Shown piece by piece: positions 20,401 to 33,760 of a stretch of DNA of 64,000 nt. Under the pieces are notes generated by a model. The model had not been told where the DNA came from. It did not search any database and saw only the letters and a list, made by a program, of their open reading frames with translations. Both the position numbers and the translations under genes were made by a program. Where the stretch lies: positions 10,540,001 through 10,604,000 of the forward strand of contig CM120646.1 in the NCBI GenBank assembly GCA_051362555.1, in the 5' to 3' direction. This stretch comes from Lingula anatina. Taxonomy: Eukaryota > Animalia > Brachiopoda. Every line of letters starts with the position of its first letter. The stretch's first letter is position 1.

Positions 20401-21626
20401 GTTTTATCCACAGTGCCTACAATACAATACAACAAAATTCATTTCATTTTGAATACAACAGAAATTTAAACATAAGTTTTGCAGCTATCCACCTAAAGAA
20501 AAAAAAATTACATATATATATCATGATTACAATTCTACAGTAATAAAGCTATAGTTACTATATTATGTTAATACTATGAAATGCAGTTCTCAATACAAAT
20601 TGCAATTGCAAGTCTACCAGTAACTTGATGTGAAAATATTGCACATGCTGAATTTGTGTCCTTGCCTTAGTTTTAGTAAAAGTTAAAACTAGCACTCCAG
20701 TTTGAATCACTGTAAAATTCTTTTGTAGTATACCCCCCCACCCTGTAACTTCCTGAAACTTTCATTTTTCAAACATTTTTTTACTTTGTCTTTTTCACCT
20801 ATGTCAAAGCTGTTGAAATAAAATGTTTTTGTAATTACCTGTGGTCTTTTTATTAGTTTTAATCACGTTTAATCCACCCCATTGAAATACAATGTGAAAA
20901 TTTACAATGTATCTGCAGTCAATAACTTGCAGCGTTTTCGTTGGCTAACTCTAACTTATTTCATGTGAACATAAGATTGATACATTGTATACTTGGACTT
21001 CCTCTGTGAAATTATTATGAGCTACTTGTCCACATAAAATTACCTTAGAGTTAGCCAACGAAAACGCGACAAGTTATTGACTGCGGGTGTAAATTGAAGA
21101 TTCTAACATTGTATTTCAATGGGCTGGATTAAACGTGATTAAAACTAATGAAAAGTCCACAGGTAATTACAAAAGCATTTTATTTCAACAGCTTTGACAT
21201 AGATGAACAAGAAAATGTAAAAAACTGTTTGAAAAGTGAAAGTTACAGAAAGTTACAGGGTGGGGGGGTATACTACAAAAGTACCCAAAAGGTAAATTTT
21301 GTCCAAAATTTTGTTCAAAGTTATTGTGATGAACTCTAGGATATATGGAGAGAGAGAGAGAGAGAATTATCTTATGAAAAAGCTGCCCATTATCATACAA
21401 GCATACGAGACATGCAGAGCTGAACTTTAAAAAGTGTTAAGGCTAATAAACGAAGAGATCTAACTCCGCCAGTACATATCAGAACCGGGAGTGCTAACGC
21501 ATGAATTTTCGTGCTACGGTTATCCGTGCTCTAGGGACATCGATCGTTCGGTTCCCGTTAATTTAAACTAACTTATATAAATTGTTAAACTTAAACTTTT
21601 TTATCAGATGTGCAGCTCACCTCCAT
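17499..21626 (-). CDS. Kelch beta-propeller protein, nitrile-specifier protein 5-like (3 exons, ~319 aa)
   Basis: Exons 21626-21621 (ME), 20416-20181 and 18216-17499 splice in frame. Motifs ARSSHSLTVVG..FGGEHEPRKPIDN, FGGC...GRLNDL, GRGG, FGGEVDPSDQGHEGAG, PRGW, GGNSPSNARL closely follow Arabidopsis NSP5 as recalled. Confidence 0.85.
18940..19610 (-). pseudogene. Degraded Tc1/mariner transposase fragment in kelch-gene intron
   Basis: Minus-strand fragments GCPGVGEQVEVSWNLNAEHCIQVLE and WPAQSLDQNIIENVW resemble Tc1 G.G.L..V.G.LN...Y..IL and WP.QSPDLNPIEN.W; disrupted by stops and shifts. Confidence 0.6.
20720..21281. mobile_element. Palindromic (foldback) MITE with ~235-bp inverted arms
   Basis: TTTTGTAGTATACCCCCCCACCCTGTAACT...TTGGCTAACTCTAA (20721-20954) is mirrored by 21045-21280. 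Confidence 0.8.
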
Positions 21627-21929
21627 CTTCCTGGATTATACTGAAGTGTTTAACTCATACGTATAAATATACGTGACTATATTATATTCTATCGCTGCGT
21701 TTAGCACAGCCAAAGCGTAACTAATGGTGTCAAGGTCACAGTCTAATACGTCTGCGCCTGCGCCACGCAGATAACTCTGCGAATTTTAGATAACAGGTGG
21801 AATCTTAATTCTGTACACCCTTAATTTATTGCAATTAAGTTCTTTTTTAAACTTTAATTTGGAATATACAACAGCAAGTTTTGAATAAAAAAGACATTAA
21901 AAAGTAATGAACTGCATTTGTAAGGAAAC

Positions 21930-22250
21930 AAGTGACTTTATTTGTCACGTTTATTCTAATAGTGACTTAATTAATTTATTACTGAACCAGCAGGTGCATT
22001 GTACCGGCAAGGAAAACATTTGAATAGTGACTTTATTGTCACAGAAGCAAGTGACCTTATTTTTTTTCTGAGACAAATGCATTGCAAATGGTAATGTTTT
22101 GAATAGTGCCTTTATATCTTACTGAACCAACAGGTGCAAATTGTAAATGAAGATCTTTGAATACTGACTTTATTTGTCGCAGAAAAATTATTTTATGGTG
22201 ACTTTATTTGTCACAGAAACAGGTGACTTCATTTCGCTGTATTTGTCACT
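21930..22250. repeat. Degenerate minisatellite built on GTGACTTTATTTGTCAC
   Basis: Repeated (A)GTGACTTTATT(TGTCACAGAA) units at irregular spacing upstream of the kelch gene. Confidence 0.5.
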
Positions 22251-22619
22251 GACACACATGCAATGTCCCTCTATTTGTTACTCAGAAAAGATGTTGACAG
22301 TGTTCTCATTAGCAATGGCGGATTTTTTTTTATTGCATAGGGGCCTATCTCAAATAAGTACAGATCTCAACAAAAAATACAAAATTGGTAAATAACTAAA
22401 TAAAAATTACACTCACTCTCTCACTCACTCACTCACAAAGAGACACTCAGTCATTTGCAATATATATATATAGGTACTGTGTCATTTAAAATATATGTCA
22501 ACAACGATATATTGATAACCTAATAGTAAAATACTTTATAATACTTAATACGTAATATGATCTAATACAGATAAAAACAAATATGTGTTTTACTATCAAA
22601 TATCGGCAGGGGAACATAC

Positions 22620-23110
22620 GCAGATAGAAGATATCAGTCCAGGAAGAGAGGCTGCAGCTTTTCCATTTTTCATTAAATTTATCTATTGTCATGTTTCTCA
22701 GACTTATATTTCTCTCTGCGATTAGGCCTGTCTCCATTCTATTTTAATATTTTCTATGTTCGGGGTAATGTTTTTCATTTTAAATTTATATATAATAAAT
22801 TTTGTTATGATCAGCAAACTGTTGAGCGCATTGCATTTCAAATTTGGAATTCCTAGAATTACATGTATATCAGATGCTGTTAATTGTAATACAAGTCCAG
22901 TCTTTAAATGGATCCAGTCTTGTATTTTTGTATTTTATCCCAATTTTTCGTAAAAAATTATTTGTAGCTAAAATTCTTTTTGATACTCTAAATTGAAACC
23001 AGCGCAGTTTAGTATCTAAAGTACATTGGAAAGGAATGTTATTCAAGATTTTCCACTCTTCAGCTGTGAGAGGTTCTTTAGAAAGGAGTTCCCATTTTGA
23101 CATTGCATTA
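22620..23110 (-). pseudogene. L1/Tx1-clade LINE ORF2 C-terminal remnant
   Basis: KWE...EEWKILNNIPFQCTLDTKLRWFQFRVSKRILATNNFLRKIGI matches the region before the zf-RVT domain of Tx1/L1 elements; frameshifted downstream. Confidence 0.65.
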
Positions 23111-23117
23111 GTCTTTT

Positions 23118-23345
23118 AGCAATGGCGGATTTGGGGGGTGGGGTCAGGGGGGTCCTGATCCCTCATCCAATTTCTGAAAAAAAAATCACACCAATGGTCC
23201 CCTCTTGAAAAGAGAATTTTGACTAGCTGAATCGTAGTTCTAAACCGTAACAAATGGCACCGTTCGCCTCTAAAATACCAAAAAGGGGGCGGGGGGAAGG
23301 GTCGGTTTCGCATCCTCGGACCCCCCTTCAAAAATCCTGGATCAC
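23118..23345. mobile_element. Short non-autonomous DNA transposon family (GGCGGAT-type TIRs), copy 1
   Basis: Shares core TTTGACTAGCTGAATCGTAGTTCTAAACCGTA and G/C-run termini with 24788-25083, 29095-29340 and 31676-31878. Confidence 0.6.
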
Positions 23346-23831
23346 ACGTTATTTTAAGTCATTTATTTGAATGACAGGGGTTGTTACAGCTTCATTGAGT
23401 CTGACTCTAGGCTTTGAAGATGTTTCTTTAAAAAACTATTCAAGGCTACTTTGATGCATTAATGTATTTTATTAAGCATGCGATGGTTTTATTTTGCTCC
23501 AATTCCGCCAAATTCAAATATTCGGATAAAAAACGGAATCTCACTTATAAAAAAACTAAATGCAGTCGAAACTATATAACATGGAAATGTCAAAAACGTG
23601 TAAAAATAAGAAAAGGAAATCGGTGGCTCTAAAACGACCACGTACGTTTCCAGACTTACACTTGGATAAGAGTAGCTTGTTTGCATTCATGAAAGCACGA
23701 TAGTTAACCGATAGTAAATAGACAACCACATATATAAAGTATATTGTAAAGTATATATGGAATGTAAAGTCAATATTTTGGTACAAGCACATTGGGACAA
23801 GCTCCAATGGAAATTTTGGGAATAAGGAGGC

Positions 23832-26800
23832 CTAAGCGGTATTCTTAGCGGCCTCGGCTTTAAGGGCGGCGATGGCTCCCTCAGCAATGGCTATTCCGGT
23901 CCCACTTAAGTCAAACATATTCATATTCTCCACATCGTAGATGACGACATTGCCAAAAAGATTAGCCTTGACACTGGCAATAGGTATAGGTTGACCGTAG
24001 GGCACTGCCTGGCCGTAGGAAATCTGAAAGAGATTGACGAAAATTATGAAATTGAACCATCCAAAGTTCTGCAAGGACAGTTACAAGCATATATTGCACA
24101 CGTTTAAAAAATTGCCAAAGCGATATTTTCTGTGTATACTTTGTCTACATATCCTGCAAAGCTACCATAAAACTCCTCAAATAAAAGTATCTGGCGTTGA
24201 TCGTTCCTTCTAAAATGTACAGGAGGGCATGGCGTTTTAAAAGATAAGCTGGCCATGCAGAACTAAATCATTAAATAAGTATCGAATTCAAGTGCAGAGA
24301 TGAGTCAAGCAATGATTTGTGAAAATAAATTGGAGGGGGGGGGGTAAAATTCCATTTATAGTGCCTTTGAATGAACGGTGTAGGCTTAGGCCTACATCAT
24401 CTCTCGATCACCCCTTCCCTCCAAATTTTAGAAACGTACATTCTCAATCAATGAGACAGATTTATGATAACAAGACCAAGGAACAATGATTTTCAACAAT
24501 GTAGGGAAAAAAAACTTATAGTACCCTATCGTGGAATTTTCCCGCCAAATCGAACATGCCCTGGAATAACTTCTCTTACTTTTGGATTATTTCTCAATCC
24601 CTCCCTGCACTTGGACCCCATATCTCATACCACTTTTAATTAAATAATTGAGCTCGTAACATCTCAGAAAGGAGTTTTTCTTATTTTTATTTGAAGTTTT
24701 ATCCGAATTTGGAAAGTAGCTGGGAGGAATATGTGGTCAAATAAATAATACTTTTGACACAGTTTCCAACCCAAATGGTATAATAAACAGAGACGGATCC
24801 AGGATTATTTGAAGGGGGGTCCGATTTTTAGGAATGACAGCCAACTCGCCCCCCCCCCTCCCTTTGGCGTGGGATTCAGGCCAAGGGGAGGGGGGAATTG
24901 GCTGTCAAAAATTTTGGTATTTTAAAGGGCGAACGTTACCATTTGCTACGATTTAGAACTATGATTCAACTAGTCAAAATTCTTATTTCAAGAGGGGGCC
25001 ATTCGTGTAATTTTTTTTTTTTCAGAAATCGAAAGGGGAGGGTTAGAACCCCTGACCTCCCCCCCCCCATAAATCCGCCACTGATTAATTCGCGTTAGTT
25101 ATGCGAAATGCATCGTCTTTTATCAAACCAGTAAGTATCCAGTTAGATGCCCTTTACGTGTATGCAGGCAAGATAAAAATAAGCATAAGAAACGAAAATT
25201 TACAAACTATGCTACATATATATGCATGTTTTACATTTTGGAGGTTAGTTTGACAATAAGCGCAAGACAGACAAATTACAAACTATGCGAGGAGCTCGAG
25301 TACACCGTTTGCGTACCGGCTAAAAAGGAACGGAATGGCCAAAAGACTACCTTTTCCGCAAAGCATATTAGGAGAGAGTCGAGAAAGGAGGGGGAGGTCA
25401 AAATTTTTATTTTGGCAGAATACATATTTATCTCACCTCATAAATTTCATACTTGTTTTCTTTGTACAGTGAGAGCCACCTCAAGTCACTCAAGGCCTGA
25501 AGCACGTCTTTTAGGGCGACTTCGTATCCATCGCAGTCTGAAATAAGTCAGATATCTACATTGCTCTATATACTATACTATACTATACTATATGTGTACG
25601 AGGTCGAGAAATGCAGTCTGGATGGTACATGTATGTACATTTCTTGAATTTAACTTTGCTGACAGTCAGAGATTCTTCATTATTCTGTTTTGAACAGCGA
25701 TTGTTCGTGGCAGACACGAATTATTTTAAATCAAATAATTCCAACATCATTATATAAGTGCTGCCCCCTTTTCCCTGAACTTTTCTTTTTATAATGATTT
25801 CCCCTTCTTGTCTATTTTCTTCCATAAAACCATGTTTTAATTATTAATTGGGTTTTTTTTCACGAAACGTTTTTTCTTTTTTAAGAACATTTGTTCCATG
25901 TTACCTCTGGTTTTCACGATGTCGCAATCGGGGCATTCAGGGATGTAATAAGAGCACGCGGCGGAGGCATTACTCTGAAGAGCGTTGCAGGTCGGTTGTC
26001 CGGAACGACGGACTCTGTGTGCATTGGTGAGAATCTCGTACAAGTCTCGACGTCGCCCTAGAATATAGAAAGGCAGGCCCCCACTCTCAAAATAGTTATT
26101 GTCAGTTCACCGTCAGTTTCCCATGTCTGTTGGGGAGAACAGTACCGCTGCCATTACTTGATTAAAATTATTATTGTAAATAATTATTCTATTATTCCTT
26201 TAACATAGTATCTTTGCACTGATATACGTCACTTTAAGAAACGTAAATCAAAATTCCAATGAAAATATGGAAGATGCCATTATCATTATTAACCAACAAC
26301 ACCACTATTTCATTTTCCATTACAAGTATGTTTTACATTACTAGTTCATTTGATTAAACAATAAGTAAAACTCACTTTTGCCTAAACCAAAATCAAGCTT
26401 CCCAAACAAGTTCCCCAAACTGCTTCCAATGTTACTCATTAAGTTTCCAAAATCAATATTCTTTATATTCGCAAGGCCTGATCCGATATTTTTGAAGAAG
26501 TCGCCAGTTGCATGCAGTCCCGTCTGAAACTAAAGAATAATTGAGGTAATAATATATTTTTGGTAATTTTCATCTTAAATTAGATAACGACTTTGGCAAT
26601 AAAACATATCATGGTTGCATAATTCAGTTCAATTGTGCTCAGTTCTCTACTGATTGAATAAAAATCATATAAAATAAAAGATAAATATATATATTATTTA
26701 TTTTTTATGATAGGCTGCCAAATTCTCCTTTACTGATATCTGCCATGCTAGTAGGATACTTACACCGCCATTTGTGAAGAATTTGTCAGTTTCTGTTCCA

Positions 26801-27937
26801 AGATAAACAAAAGGACGTTTAGCGTCTCCCACTACGAAATTTGGAAGAGATGAAGTGAAGAAGTTGGGAAGACCACTTTCAAAGAAAACTTTCGAATCGT
26901 ACAAAAACTTGTTGAAGCCCGTTGGTGAGCAGACATCCTGCGCGCTGTAATATCAAGAAAAACAAGGCTGAAGTAAACCGAACATTATCTTAAAGGAAAA
27001 AGATTTTATTACAAGAGTTGTCCACCACTTTTCAAACGCAAATGTAGTTACTCTCCGAGGACTCTCTTTTTTCCATCATTTTCTCCCATTTTCCTTGTAA
27101 TAAAACTTGTCATTAATAGTACATTGACATGAAAATTTTGATGCAGTCTTTGTTACTTACCGTGCTTCGCACTTCTCTTTAACGCAGTCAACACAGAGTT
27201 GTGTCTTCGTTTCTACTACTTTATTACAAGAAGCGTTTACGACTTTAAACCTCTCGAGGGAGACATTGTATGCTACTTGGTCGGCTTCTATTTGCAACAC
27301 CAATATTTGAACTCCGTTACTGACATAGGCTGAAACCAAGGGGAAAAAAACTTACAAGCATTCTATATTGCATAGAGTCATTTATCAATTTCATTCTGTT
27401 CTGTTTTGTCCACAGTTCAAATGTCAAGAAAAGAAGGTCGAAAGCAAAAACATGTCCATTGCATCGTGTCATTTATAAAATTTATTCTGTTTACGGCAAT
27501 GCACATCGCTTATTGTTCATCGCTTATTGTGTTGACGCAGGAGATACGTTACGCGAGAATGAGTACAATAGTCCGTGGTTCTATGGATACAACACTTTGG
27601 TAGGCAAGATAAGTAAACAAATCAATTAATTAAATAAAATAGAAAAAGACGAAATACCAAACACTGCAGATTGATTAGAATTGCAAGACATAGTTATGAC
27701 CTATTCTAAAAAGTTAACGCTTTTCAAATATATATATAATAATAATAATAATGATAATAATCTGCTTCTGAGGCCTGGGCAGATTTATCAAAGAAAGTAC
27801 AAGTATAAAACACCACGTTAAATTCTAACGATTTCATACTGCCTACCTGGATAGAGGCCTGATGGTACCACCTCGCGACTGTAAGATGGCGCGAAAGCTA
27901 CCGCCAAAAAAGCAAATAAAAATATAACTTTTCCCAT
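23832..27937 (-). CDS. Uncharacterised secreted Cys-containing protein, paralog A (7 exons, ~346 aa)
   Basis: Exons 27937-27847, 27329-27161, 26944-26764, 26529-26376, 26057-25905, 25537-25437 and 24023-23832 are GT-AG and phase-compatible. Signal peptide MGKVIFLFAFLAVAFAPSYS. TATA-like TATAAAAAG ~28080. Exons are better conserved than introns versus paralog B. Confidence 0.85.
24788..25083. mobile_element. Short non-autonomous DNA transposon family, copy 2 (intronic, absent from paralog B)
   Basis: CAGAGACGGATCCAGG...AAATCCGCCACTG termini; same core as the other copies. Confidence 0.65.
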
Positions 27938-29094
27938 TATAACACCTTTTTATATTTCTGTATGCCTTATCTATTTCTCTCTCTCTCTCTCTCTGTTGTT
28001 TCGTTCACCGTTGGGTTGTATCTGTCTCTGTGTCTCTTGCCGAGTTATGTTTATAATGCAGAGAAGTAGCGCTTTTTATACGTTTCAAGATGTTTAGTCA
28101 CACCTACGCACAGACGGCACCTTACGGTCGAGTTTTGTTTACGACCCCGAATTTCGTGCTTTCCGGATTTCATGTGTCCCGTCCTTGCCTAGGGTAACTT
28201 CTTTTTACACGCATAGGTGAAATTAGTAGATAACCATCATTGTCATGTAGGGTTGACAGCGAGTTTTTTGTGCCAACATATCGGTGGAAAATTATCACCA
28301 GACCTTTTTTTATTGGATCAAGTAATTCTTGTCCCACTTTTAACAACTGACAGCATAAAAAGTTGTTAAAAGCACACAACTTACATAAATGTTATTTTTT
28401 CTTCATAATTCAGTTTAAAATTGTATACACAGACAGGTTAATAATAGGCTTTCATAGTGCCCTTGGGTGTCTGACAATCTTGGTATCATTTATGCGTAAG
28501 AACGCACCTGGACGGCATAAGCAGCGTGCAAAATATGGAGGTGCGTTTACCGCAGACTGACGTCTCTTTGTCGAAAGGATCAGAAGCTTTGACACCAAAG
28601 ACAGAGTTGATGTTTATTTTTGGAAAGCGTGTGGTCGACATTGTCTAAAAATTGTACTCAAGTCACGACGAATGAAGTGCCAACATAAAATGGTTCAAAG
28701 GTGGCCGTGATCGACCTAACAAGAGTGGGCGATTATGTAAAGTTCCCCGGATGCTGAATGCACTTAGCAGGGAAAACAACTTAAAATTTGATTAACTCAA
28801 CTCAAGGCGCAAGGAAAGCTTCTGTAACTTAAATAAAAAGAAGATCTTGCTTCTCAATCGTTCCGTGGCCCTTATTTAAGCTTTTGAATAATGTATGTGG
28901 ACCTTACTTCTTTTTTTTTTACACTAAACTGTTATGGTAACAACTTTCGTCCAATTTTGTTACAAGTACAGGTAAAAAGATTTTTGCTGAGTATGTCATG
29001 GCAAGGATTTTCTCTCTCTCAGATTTAAGTTAACGTTGAAATGTTTTATATGTTCTCAACTTGAGATTTTCTTGCGACATCTTACATCAACGGC

Positions 29095-29340
29095 CTGACC
29101 CCCCCCCCCCCCTTAAAAATATATTACACCAATATTCCCATCTTGAAATTAGAGTTTTGACTACCTAAATCATAGTTCTAAACCGTACCAAAGGGCACTG
29201 TTTGCTCTCCAAAACACCATTTTTGTCGGGGCCATTGAGCAGGCCCCAAATCCCACACCAAGGGGGCGATGGTCGGCTTTGTATCCGAGGCAGATCGTTC
29301 CGGACCCCCTCCCCTTCTAATAATCCTGGATCCGCTACTC
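29095..29340. mobile_element. Short non-autonomous DNA transposon family, copy 3
   Basis: Core TTTTGACTACCTAAATCATAGTTCTAAACCGTACC and terminal AATCCTGGATCCGC. Confidence 0.55.
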
Positions 29341-29615
29341 GCCCCTTCACCTAACCCCAGCAGCTGAAGTCGCACAAACAACGGCACTGTGATGGCGTTT
29401 TGAACTATTTTATCCACGAGCGATATTTTATCCAAGAGCGAAGTAGCGGTTTGTTTGTTAAATAGGATAGTAATGTTTTTGTTTACAGTCATATCTTTGT
29501 TTCCCATCCACTTATTATCAAAGGTCCTTGCTAACATTTAACCAAGAAAAAATTAAACCACTTACCTCAACCACAACACGAATGTCACCTTTAATGATAA
29601 TGAATAAGTATCGTT

Positions 29616-29650
<35 letters not shown>

Positions 29651-30044
29651 TTATGCATAAAGGAGATTTTGACAATAAGAGAATCTGCCAATATTCCACA
29701 CATAATGCAAATACATTTATTCTTTCTTCTTCCGCGCACATACAGGGGTACCTGTAAATAGTTGTACTAATTTTGACGCTGCCTCCAGGATAACCGTCAA
29801 ATGTCATATTTCTTTTCTTGAATCTGTTCTGAAATTGGTTTCTTTAGCTAAATTCTTCTTTTTACAAAATAGTTTGTAAAAAGTAGTTCGTATTAGACAC
29901 GCTGAAGGATTCAGAAAGAAAACTTGTTTTGGAAACACGGCGTATATATTCTCTTGAAATATTTTGCAAGTAACTTCAGTTTTTAGCGCTCTCTTTCGGC
30001 GTACTCACTGTTTCACACCGAGAAGAATTACAGTGCTCGATGAC

Positions 30045-30302
30045 TGACGTTTGTTTATATAACCTGCCAATCAAGCTGTTATTATTTGACAGCAACTATC
30101 AAAACTAACTGAATTTGATTGGCACCTTGTCAATCAAAGGATGTAGGAAGCTTGAACTAAACGTGTTCGACGACTATAGTGATCCACTGTGTAATGAGTG
30201 TAATTGACGTTTGTTTATATAACCTGCCAATCAAGCTGTTGTAACTTGACAGGAACTATCAAAACTAATGAATTTGATTGGCATCTTGTCAATCAAAGGA
30301 TA
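30045..30302. repeat. Imperfect ~95-bp direct repeat inside a copy-A-specific insertion
   Basis: TGACGTTTGTTTATATAACCTGCCAATCAAGCTGTT...GTCAATCAAAGGA at ~30045 and ~30206. Confidence 0.7.
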
Positions 30303-31116
30303 TTGGAGTTTTACATGTTCGGAGAGAAGAGTGTAGTAATTTTGTTTGACGTTTGTTAAAAACATAGAAGTAGAGAAAAAAACTGTCATTCATTGTCGTG
30401 TGCGCTTGACAGCTTCCATCAAAGTTGAATTAGCCTGTTTGATTCATACTTGTCAATAACAATACATGTCGTAACATTCTGGAGGTAGGGGGCATTTAAT
30501 TTTCTTTCTTAAAAAAAAAACGTCCGGTTCTTTATTTCAACCGAGAGACTGAAATTTAACAACGTTAATAGACACGGGTTCTTTCACGTGCGTTTTTAAT
30601 TGTTCTTAAAATCAGTTGTCATTCTTTTTCTGGATATGATGTAAAATGACTATTCATGAAATAACGTTGTTGCCGATGTTTGTTGCTCCATAATTCTTTC
30701 TTTGGTGCTCGTACGAAATCGGAACTTCATATACGAACTGAACATATTACTTTAATCATACTCATGTAAAAAAATAAAATTAACCTTGTCATTTTTTCGT
30801 GAGCTACAGAGAGAAAAAATGCCGAGATAATGGTGTTATTGGCCAGGTAAAATTAAAAAGTACCGGGTTTGTATCTTCTTTATAGAGGGCCGGGGCAATA
30901 AGTAGCCCGTCGCTGTATATTGACAAGAGGGTGCGTGAAAACCGTTGTTTTTAGATAAACTGCACGATTAAAACTGCCAATTAAAATTGAAAAATGCAAT
31001 GCGTTAACAATCTTTCGAGCTTTAATCTATGATCTATTGTTAGTACTTCATACAAGTATTTAAAAAACTCCAAGTTTCGATAACGTGTGGAAATTAATAA
31101 ACTAATAGTGGAATAA

Positions 31117-31117
<1 letters not shown>

Positions 31118-31182
<65 letters not shown>
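31118..31182. repeat. (AT)n microsatellite
   Basis: Direct reading. Confidence 0.95.
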
Positions 31183-31185
<3 letters not shown>

Positions 31186-31675
31186 GAATGCTACGCCGTA
31201 TAAGAATTAATATTTGATCGAAGAATATTTACTTGAAAGCATACTTTTTTAATCTAATTTATCTTATTTTGTTTTTAAGTAAAAACAAAATTAATTCAGC
31301 ATCATCAGCATGCATCTTTGCTTTGCCTCATCTAGCATTAGCATATTCTATGATTTTTTGTCCGAAGGCGCATATTATAATGTAATAGATTACCTGGCAT
31401 GCTTTTTGCAGTTTTAAGATATTCTACGTGCAGTATATTAATGTTTCATACCGCAAATGACACTAAAAGTTAAGCTTTTTCTCTTGGTGATTTTTTTCAA
31501 CTTATCCCTCCCCCCCCCCTTTTTTCTTTTTTGTGGGAGGGCAAACTGGTCGAAAGTTAACATTTTTGAGACCTTTCCTGCCGTGCATAAGCACAACCAG
31601 TAAAACGCATGAATTTTGTGCTAGCCGTCACAATGAGGCCGAGACCGAAGTAAGGGCAAAACACTGCAGCCTAAG

Positions 31676-31878
31676 CAGGGGCGGGTTTAGGGATTTCTGA
31701 AAATAAAATCACACCAATACTCCTATCATGATATTAAAATTTTGACTAGCTTAATTATAGTTCTACACCGTAGCAAACCGTTCACCGTGGCACCGTTCGC
31801 CCTCTTAAATACCAATCCGAGGCCTGTCATTCCTAAAAAAAAAAGGACCCCCTTCAAATAATCCTGGACCCGGCCCTG
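31676..31878. mobile_element. Short non-autonomous DNA transposon family, copy 4 (CAG...CTG ends, hAT-like)
   Basis: CAGGGGCGGG...CCCGGCCCTG termini with the shared core. Confidence 0.6.
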
Positions 31879-32365
31879 AAAATCTTCAAAAGTGCAATCA
31901 AATCTGTTAAGTTCAGTATTCCGGCAGAAAACGGCAGACTGCAGCAAACTGTGATACATGTCGCAAACCCATCATGTGTTTAATTTGAATGGGCACGACA
32001 TGAGATACTATACTGGGACAGGACAGGGCTACTGCATAGTATATTTTGGGCCAGCGCGTAAGCCCACTACCACCCTCATAACCGGAAATATTCTGCATTT
32101 GGTTCACCTCTTACGTAGACAGGGTTTTACTTTTAACTTTATCAAAACAAAAGGCTTTTTGTGTTTTTTTTTTTTTTTTTTTTTATCAATATCGAGGATT
32201 ATGTTGGTCTTTTTTTAAAGTGATAATGTATGTAAATATGTTAAGACCGGACCTGTATGGAGGCGTATTACATGCATGTTGGATCGTTTTCATATTAGTA
32301 TATAGAGGACTGTTGTAAATAGAAAATAAAGTCCGGTTAAACGGGTCAACTTACGAGGGGTCACT

Positions 32366-32368
<3 letters not shown>

Positions 32369-32414
<46 letters not shown>
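32369..32414. repeat. (CT)n microsatellite
   Basis: Direct reading. Confidence 0.95.
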
Positions 32415-32418
<4 letters not shown>

Positions 32419-32454
32419 GATCGGTGTGCATATTTGTGCCATCTTGACATTATG

Positions 32455-32706
32455 GCTCTATTCCCATAGATTTTAGATCGATCTATCCCCGCGGGGAGTC
32501 TCACCAGATTATTTTCAGATAATCCGACTTAAATGTCCGTCCCGCCTACTACAAGCTTTAAGGGGGTAATTAACTTTCGTGTCCGCCCGGCTGACAGCTA
32601 TTTAGCGTGAACCCCCAGGGAGTTAGGTCGATCTAAAGTAGGTCGATCTAATCTATGGAAATGGGGTGTATGTTACACCCCATTCACATAGATTAGATCG
32701 ACCTAC
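32455..32706. mobile_element. MITE-like inverted repeats (CATAGATTAGATCGACCTAC motif)
   Basis: CCCATAGATTTTAGATCGATCT at ~32463 is inverted at ~32640-32660, then followed by a further opposite-facing end at 32674-32706. Confidence 0.55.
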
Positions 32707-33760
32707 GTTAAAACGAGAATGACGATTTCATTTGTTGTTCATTCTGATTTTACAGCACACAGGATATCATTGTAACATGCAACTTAGATGAGAAAAAGCA
32801 AACAAACTCTTCAGTTTTTACCAAGTAGTTTTAGACTATAAGTTGCTCAAATTTGATTCTTAGTAGAGTTTTTGAATTATGAAAAGAACGTCATACTTTA
32901 GGATTAGAGAAGAATACCTGAGGCCTTCAAAAAGTCGGAGTCTACGCCTCTTGTTTGGAATATTGAAATGGCCTCTTGTTTGAAAAACCAACTATCAAAT
33001 TGAAAAAGTTCAGTCTATTCAAAATTCAGCTGCACTTTTCGTTCGTAAAACTCATACTATCCTTGCACACGTTTGTGCAACGACATCACTCCACAAACGA
33101 TACAGAACTTTTTTAGGACGAGCACACGCGTCAGGCGTGTTCTTCAATCCAGAAGATACTGTACAAAATACTAAAATATGAGTTTGATTTTTTTACTATG
33201 GTAAGCTTATTTATTGGTTGCACAGTAAAAGTTTGTGAAAAGTACTTCTATAAGTTGAATAAAAACATCGGTTTATGGCTTGATTTTCTGTATCATTTCA
33301 CACAATGCGTATAGGTTGACATTCATTTGATAAGAGAGTGTAGATTATATTAACTGCAGAGCGCCTCATTTGGCTACGTATGAATACATTTTTGTAAATC
33401 ATTTCTTTTAAGGGCATATTTCATGAAATTTTGCCAAACCTATCTATTGCACATCACTTTCCCATTTTACAGAATGCTTTGAACGTTACCGTAACGTTTA
33501 TTGGTTATATAAGCGTTATGGTATCGTTATATAAGTTCTGTATTTGCAGGTCATCAGCTCTGGTGTCTGATTTTTTTATTCTGGTTTTCACCATTCTCCA
33601 CCGGCCTAATCTTGATCAGCTCCCCATCATTGTTTTTGTTTTTATGGTCAAGGAGGTATCCCTTATTGATCTGATTTGGGATGAGCAAAGGGATGACAAA
33701 TTTAGGATGACAAATCCAAACATAAAGCCTTGCTGGGCACAGTACAAGTGTAAAGAATTA

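Larger units (their letters stand above)
23355..32410. repeat. Tandem segmental duplication, copy A (partner 34471-41590)
   Basis: Colinear similarity across 3' flank, exons, introns and upstream region (e.g. 23395 vs 34510, 28540 vs 40100, 31940 vs 41115, 32330 vs 41500), interrupted by copy-specific insertions. Confidence 0.85.

Noticed and set aside
25226-25546. Plus-strand ORF also open in the duplicate (35881-36207)
   Set aside because: Similarity is explained by the segmental duplication. It is antisense to intron and exon 6 of the secreted-protein gene, and the frames differ at their ends.
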